Shown one piece after another: positions 58,594 through 64,000 of a stretch of DNA of 64,000 nt. This stretch comes from Picochlorum sp. SENEW3 (Eukaryota). Numbering within the stretch: the stretch's first letter is position 1; each line of letters starts with the position of its first letter. The notes under the pieces are model-generated. The model saw only the letters and a list, made by a program, of their open reading frames with translations, was not told the origin of the DNA and made no database searches. A program made the translations under genes and the position numbers. The stretch lies in contig CP120455.1 in the NCBI GenBank assembly GCA_034226945.1, positions 62,001-126,000 of the forward strand, read 5' to 3'.

Positions 58594-59745
58594 ATGGTTT
58601 CCCTTGTTGCAGCGGGGCTCCTGCTCACTTTGTGGACTGGTCGAGTACTCGGCCAGATCGTTCCTGATACCTCCGATAGTTATGTTTCCTGTCCAGCGTG
58701 CGATCTTTCCTATTCTTCTGATATCGCGTCGGGTTCTGCAGCGAATGAATCGTTTGCGATCGTTCAAGACTTTGTGAGTGCCCTTTCAACCAGAGACCCG
58801 GAAAAGGTAGCTCAAGTTTTTTGCGACGATGGCATCTTGTGGGGAACAGTGAGCAAAAAGGCCAGATATACTGCAGAGGAGATTTACTCCTACTTTGACT
58901 ACTTTGCCAGGGAAGAGAACGAGGTCCTCTCCGCCTGTCCACAAGTGTTAAACGTAGGTGGTCCTGACCTGTACAAGGCCAATGTCGCTGTGAACAATGC
59001 CGGCAGCTGCTTGCGCATGAGCTTCACTGTCAATATTAAAAATAATTGTATTGCATACTTGTATTCGTCATACTTTCCAAACGATCCAGAGGATCTCAGA
59101 AAGGTTGACTTTGAGAATGAAATGCCTTGGGGGAGCACTGAGACAGGGACCCTTCCCGACCCTGACACGGCGCTCGGGGACTGCAAGGCATGCGATCTGA
59201 CAGTTCGTGGTGATATCCCAGAGTCGGACGTTGACGGAGTCCAAGGAGTCATGAATGCTTGGGTGGATGGGCTCTTGGCACAGAATTCAACAGCAATTGC
59301 TGACACATATTGTACAGGGTCGAGCTTTTTATGGGGGACCGTCTCAAACATGAGACGCAATACGTATGACGAGATCAAGAGCTACTTTGACTGGTTTGCA
59401 ACGTCGCGCAACTTCACTGAAGAGATACAATCAGTCTGCCCAACGCTGTCCATGATTGCTGACACTGTGTTTGTTGAGGACAGAGAATTGCGCCTGGGTG
59501 AACAATGCCTCAGAATGTCCTACACGATCGCCAATGAAGATGGAACCTATTGCATCAAGGGATTGTCAAGCTCATACTTCCCAGAAGAACCAGCCGGTCT
59601 TGTGGCAGCAGATGCAAAGAATTTGAATCCCTCTCCCCCATCATCACCAGAGGTGTCTCCCTCTCCCCCATCGCCAGCAGCATCCGCCAAGGAGCATCTT
59701 TGGCTGATGACAGTGGCTGTGTCTCTCCTTGTCTTTGTCTTTTAA
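58594..59745 (+). CDS. Secreted/surface protein with two NTF2-like (CaMKII-AD / iota-carbonic-anhydrase-like) repeats and a possible GPI signal
   Basis: Signal peptide MVSLVAAGLLLTLW; two repeats of LWGTVS..R....EI.SYFD.F...CLRMS[FY]T...L.SSYFP; Pro/Ser linker and hydrophobic C-terminal tail. Confidence 0.65.
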   Translation: MVSLVAAGLLLTLWTGRVLGQIVPDTSDSYVSCPACDLSYSSDIASGSAANESFAIVQDFVSALSTRDPEKVAQVFCDDGILWGTVSKKARYTAEEIYSYFDYFAREENEVLSACPQVLNVGGPDLYKANVAVNNAGSCLRMSFTVNIKNNCIAYLYSSYFPNDPEDLRKVDFENEMPWGSTETGTLPDPDTALGDCKACDLTVRGDIPESDVDGVQGVMNAWVDGLLAQNSTAIADTYCTGSSFLWGTVSNMRRNTYDEIKSYFDWFATSRNFTEEIQSVCPTLSMIADTVFVEDRELRLGEQCLRMSYTIANEDGTYCIKGLSSSYFPEEPAGLVAADAKNLNPSPPSSPEVSPSPPSPAASAKEHLWLMTVAVSLLVFVF

Positions 59746-59865
59746 AGTCTGAATACGTGCAATGACGTTAAGAATGAGTCGTGACTGTCTGTAATAAACG
59801 TTTGCGATCAACCGCAACTACCAGTGGGATCGACGACCCTGAACGCATTCTCGACCACGGATGCG

Positions 59866-61320
59866 ATGAATCATGATACTTGGAGTCACACGTATTCTTC
59901 CATCGTAGGAAGTCGTGCTGCTGTGCCCGGTAGAGCAACGAAGTGGTCACAGGTTCGACGGGAATTTCAATCTGCTGGCACTCGGAGTAGAATGCCTGAT
60001 CGATTGGGTGCTATTATGCCAGAAGATGTACATTCAAAGGGATTGTTAGGTCAGGAGAATGCTACCACAGGCCATTCTGCTGGCATAAGGAAGGAAACTG
60101 AGAGGGTCGAGCCAGCCCTGGTTGTGTTCAGCGGGGGTACCGCCTTCAATAGCGTTGCCTCCCATGTCAAGGGGTTGACGACGACGATATCTCATGTGCT
60201 TCCTGTGTCAGATGATGGTGGTAGTACTGCGGAGATTGTTCGAGTGCTTGGTGGGCCTGCAGTGGGGGATATTAGGAGTAGATGCCTGCGGCTTGCAGAC
60301 GATGGCGATGAGGAGGCTCGTGCCGTGAAAGCCCTGCTGGCGCATCGATTGTGCGGTACAGACGCGGAATCTGCGAAGAAAGAATGGTATGATATTGTAG
60401 AAGGGGAGCATCCTCTGTGGGCAGGCGTCTCAGAGCCGTATAAGCACACCATTCGGGCATTCCTGGTTCACTTTCATGTGAACATCCTCCGGCATTCGAC
60501 AGAAAAGTTCATGTTTCAGAGTGGTTCGGTCGGGAATTTTTTCTTTGCTGGGGCTCGAACATTTTTTAGATCTTTAGAAGCTGCGATCTTTATGTTTACA
60601 CGAGTCGCTAAGATTCCAGAGGGCTCCATGGTGCTGCCAGCAATCTGCACAGAGGAGCGAATCAAGCTGGCTGCAGAGCTGGACAATGGGGATGTGATTG
60701 TGGGACAGAACGCGATATCTCACCCGTGCGATGTAACTTCTCCATCTGAGGTAGATAAAACGTCATGGGACCAATTAGAATCCCCCATTAGACGCATATT
60801 CTACCTCTCGACGGAAGGGGACACAAAGGAGCATGAGGTTGCTCCTGTTGCGAATCCTCGAGTGCTGGCCGAGCTGGATAAAGCAGACGCGATAGTGTAT
60901 GGTATGGGATCTTTATACACTTCTATCTGCCCATCATTGATTTTAAAAGGCACAGGAGAACGCGTTGCCATGAGGAACTGTCCTAAGATTTTGGTGCTGA
61001 ATGGTGCCATGGATAGGGAAGTGTCCTGCTCATTGAGCCACGCGGGACCAATGAAGGCCAGCGACGTTATATTGGCCATCACAGATGCTTTGAATAGGAG
61101 AGGTGCATCCTCCAAGGTGGGGGAGCTGAGGCACCTGCCGTCTAGGTATGTGACAGAACTTGTTGTTCCAGCAGGTGGTCCAATTGAGATTGACAGAGAT
61201 TCCTTGGGCGAACTAGGCATCAGAAATATTGTGGAAGCAGAAACCCACGCTGTAGAGGGAGGAGTTCACTATGACCCAGATTCATTGATTGATTGTCTTG
61301 CGTCTCTTGTAAACTGTTGA
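59866..61320 (+). CDS. YvcK/CofD-like (UPF0052) protein, MEE18-like
   Basis: VVFSGGTAFN, LPVSDDGGST, GGPAVGDIRSR, SVGNFF, GQNAISHP, YGMGSLYTSI.PSL; start uncertain. Confidence 0.9.
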   Translation: MNHDTWSHTYSSIVGSRAAVPGRATKWSQVRREFQSAGTRSRMPDRLGAIMPEDVHSKGLLGQENATTGHSAGIRKETERVEPALVVFSGGTAFNSVASHVKGLTTTISHVLPVSDDGGSTAEIVRVLGGPAVGDIRSRCLRLADDGDEEARAVKALLAHRLCGTDAESAKKEWYDIVEGEHPLWAGVSEPYKHTIRAFLVHFHVNILRHSTEKFMFQSGSVGNFFFAGARTFFRSLEAAIFMFTRVAKIPEGSMVLPAICTEERIKLAAELDNGDVIVGQNAISHPCDVTSPSEVDKTSWDQLESPIRRIFYLSTEGDTKEHEVAPVANPRVLAELDKADAIVYGMGSLYTSICPSLILKGTGERVAMRNCPKILVLNGAMDREVSCSLSHAGPMKASDVILAITDALNRRGASSKVGELRHLPSRYVTELVVPAGGPIEIDRDSLGELGIRNIVEAETHAVEGGVHYDPDSLIDCLASLVNC

Positions 61321-61792
61321 GAAGGGTACTCCCTGCGGAGCCCCACCCCCCCTCCTCACTTTGGGTGCACCCCACCCTTGCTGTCGCCAACCTTGTCCCA
61401 CCTTTTCCGTCATATAAGCAGTCGCAGGTGGAAAAAAGTATCCCCAAGATTTTCAAAAGATTGGAGGGAGGGTTTACTGGCGAAAAATCGATAGATATAC
61501 GGGGCTATCGTGGCACATAGAGCCCCCTTGGAAATGGCGTCTGAAAACCTGGCCAATCGATTTGTGCATGCGCAACAAAGGCTCAGGCACAACCGCATCG
61601 CAAACAGAAGCGATAGAAATACTTTCAGATAACATAGAGAAGAACCTTAAAATTTTGTGATCGCTTGGAGAGCGGAGAGTCTGTCCAAGCCCGAGGTGCC
61701 TGTCAGTGTCAATGTCTGCCGACCACTCCGAGTAGTTCCAGGCGAATCATAGCAACAGTCTCGTGTAGGTTTGTTCCTTTGTATGATTCATA

Positions 61793-64000
61793 ATGGTGTC
61801 TAAGGCTACAAAATCGTCGAGGAATGCGACCAAGACGGCTGCGTCGAAAAAATCCAAGCAAACTGTAGCCAAGAGTAGCAAGCTCCGACTGCCAACCATT
61901 CCTCCTGGTCTCGAATTCATCGGATACCGCGAGCAACTGCTCGGCAGCCCGGGTCCATCTCAGCCTCATAGAAGAATGCGTCGGTGGTGGTTGAAAGATG
62001 GGGAGGGAAAAGAGCATGCCGCCGTTGAAACCACGCAATGGGATGAGCTGAACAAGAGGTTTGAATACTGTCCGTCTCCAGAGTTTGCTGAGATGCTCGA
62101 CATGAAGTGTCATAGCCATAAGAGTGTCTACGAATACCTTGATCTATTTTTACACCCCGAAAAATATACGGAAGTTTCAGCGGCCGAAGGAGTCGATGCT
62201 GGAAAGAAGGAAAAGTCTCCTGCTGAGGCAAAGAAGAGGAAGAGGCCAGTGGCTGGGAACGATACCAAAAGTTCTGGGAAGGGCAACGGTGTGAAGGAAT
62301 CAATGGCGAAAAAGAAGGCGACTGGAGGCAAAAAGGAGGTGAAACGAGGTGGGGCGAAAAAGCCTGGCGACCTGTTGAAGAATGTCTCAAAGGAACTGGC
62401 AACATTACAGGCAACGTATGGAATCAGATACGCCCTCACTGTGATTGGTCCCCATGGCGATGTGAAAGTGATATCTTCACCAACTGTAGAAAAGATTGAT
62501 ATAGATCCGCACGAGATGGAGGGATTTTCCTATCCTCAAAAGTTGAACATGCTGTCTGATGCAGTGCTTGGTGCGACTGAGGAGATGGAGAAACAGGAGA
62601 ATAACGCTGCTAATGAGGATGAGAAGGCGTCTGTGCTCGCTTCAGATGGAGTCCAGGAAGAAGAAGAAGAACTTCTAGAAACTACGGATAATAAAGTATT
62701 TGAAACACATGGCGAAGAAGAAAATAATAAAGATGCCGTCAGTATGGATACTTTTCAGGGTGACCTGCTGAGTGGACTCAAGACCTTGGTGTCGTTCGTG
62801 AAAGAGTCAGAAGACTCCCAGTATCTACCTGGTTCGTTTTGGAGAAGAGATCCATTTCCTTCTATAGCGCTGCAGAATGCGAGGGAGCGCTTGGAGATTG
62901 CATCAGATGTTGGGCAGCTCAGGGATATTGAGCGAGTGAAGCACTTTTTGATGATTGAGCATAAGAAAAGTACGGCAAAGGCTAACGGTGATCTCAAAGT
63001 CTATAGAAGTACTCCTCCAGCATGTAGTGCAAATGATTTTGTGATTGCTCCTGTGTGGGGTATTGACACATACACAAGGGGCTTGTTTGACCTGGCCCTG
63101 GCCTCCTGCCAATCGGGAATTTTGTCCCGAGAGAAGAGAAACCAGTTCTTCACAAAATACTTTTTGCCTTGTCTGAATAAATTAGAGTATCATGGGTGGG
63201 ATACGCTAAAAGCACTAGAAACAATAAGCGAGGATTCAAATGTTCCCGAAGAATTCACTTTGGCTGCCAGGGATGCAATGCACATTCTTCAGAAATTGGA
63301 GGAAACGGGTGGTACTGGCATTGAAGGGAGAAGGCATCAACCCTTGCGACCAAGTGGTAGAAAGTTTTCTAGAAGTCATCCGAAAGGAGATGGTGTCATC
63401 TTGCGGCGCGAAGAAGGGTTGAAGAACAATACCTTTATCGGAGAGTATGTGGGAGATTTGTACACATCATGGAGATTTTTTGAAAAGGACTCCTCGAAAA
63501 TGTCCAGAACCAATACCAAGTCTCAGTCTATTATAAATACGTATACTATGACTCTGGAACGTCCAAATGTCGATAAAAATGGGTACTCTGTCCTGTACAT
63601 TGACGTAGGTGCCCTCATGTTTTGTTTCTTGTGCACATGATTGAAATCCTTGATGGCTTCTTGTATATTCTGCAGGCGACGCAATCAGGCAATTTTATGA
63701 GTCGGATCAATCATTCTTGTGATCCTAATTGCGAGATGAAGCCGTTTGTGGTCAATAATGAACTGAAAATAGGTGTGTGGTCAGTCAGGGATATCGAGGA
63801 TGGCGAAGAGCTGACAATTGATTTCAGAATAAAGGGGGATTTCGAAAGGGAACTGCAGTCCCTAACATGTTTATGTGGCACTGAACACTGTGAGAAAAAC
63901 TTTGTCAACATGGCGAGCATCTCGCATCCAATAAATTCTGTTGTCTCGGAGAAATATTCAATTCTAGAGAGAACCAAAATCATTTTGGAATGTGGCACAA
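61793..64000 (+). CDS. SET-domain histone lysine methyltransferase, SDG2/ATXR3-like (3' partial); exons 61793-63604 and 63676->64000
   Basis: WGIDTYTR, HPKG.GV, FIGEYVGDLY..WR.FEK, LERP..D..GY.VLYID|ATQSGNFMSRINHSCDPNC, GEELTIDF, post-SET CLCG...C; intron 63605-63675. Confidence 0.85.

Overview
Gene-dense eukaryotic nuclear DNA from a compact-genome green alga (inferred Trebouxiophyceae, Picochlorum-like: short GT-AG introns, tiny intergenic gaps, plastid-targeted CHLD/POR, PH-domain DGAT1). About 27 protein-coding genes are supportable, most of them housekeeping (CHLD, FtsH, GCP2, UTP20, POR, VPS2, two COG0523 GTPases, GT10 fucosyltransferase, TBCC, PsuG, PCO, dynamin, bL20, mitochondrial carrier, CysRS, RlmL-like, TPR-PB1, kinase, DGAT1, sulfatase, YvcK-like, SDG2-like SET), plus two tRNA-Glu genes. 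The accessory-looking middle (about 23.5-39.3 kb) is the most interesting part. It contains (i) a spliced ~1,300-aa orphan gene with two HNH-endonuclease-like motifs, bracketed by two convergent tRNA-Glu genes (TTC and CTC) that share leader and trailer sequence and preceded by a truncated RPL23a-like gene; (ii) a cluster of stem-GA-GC-GNA-GC-GA-stem mini-hairpins beside a possible decayed tyrosine-recombinase fragment; and (iii) a perfect 21-bp hairpin between two divergent zinc-chaperone genes. Other notable items are candidate bicistronic gene pairs, AGATCT-N6-AGATCT palindromes upstream of both chlorophyll-synthesis genes, and an iota-carbonic-anhydrase-like surface protein lacking the HHSS motif. 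All family calls come from motif recognition by eye; no database searches were run.
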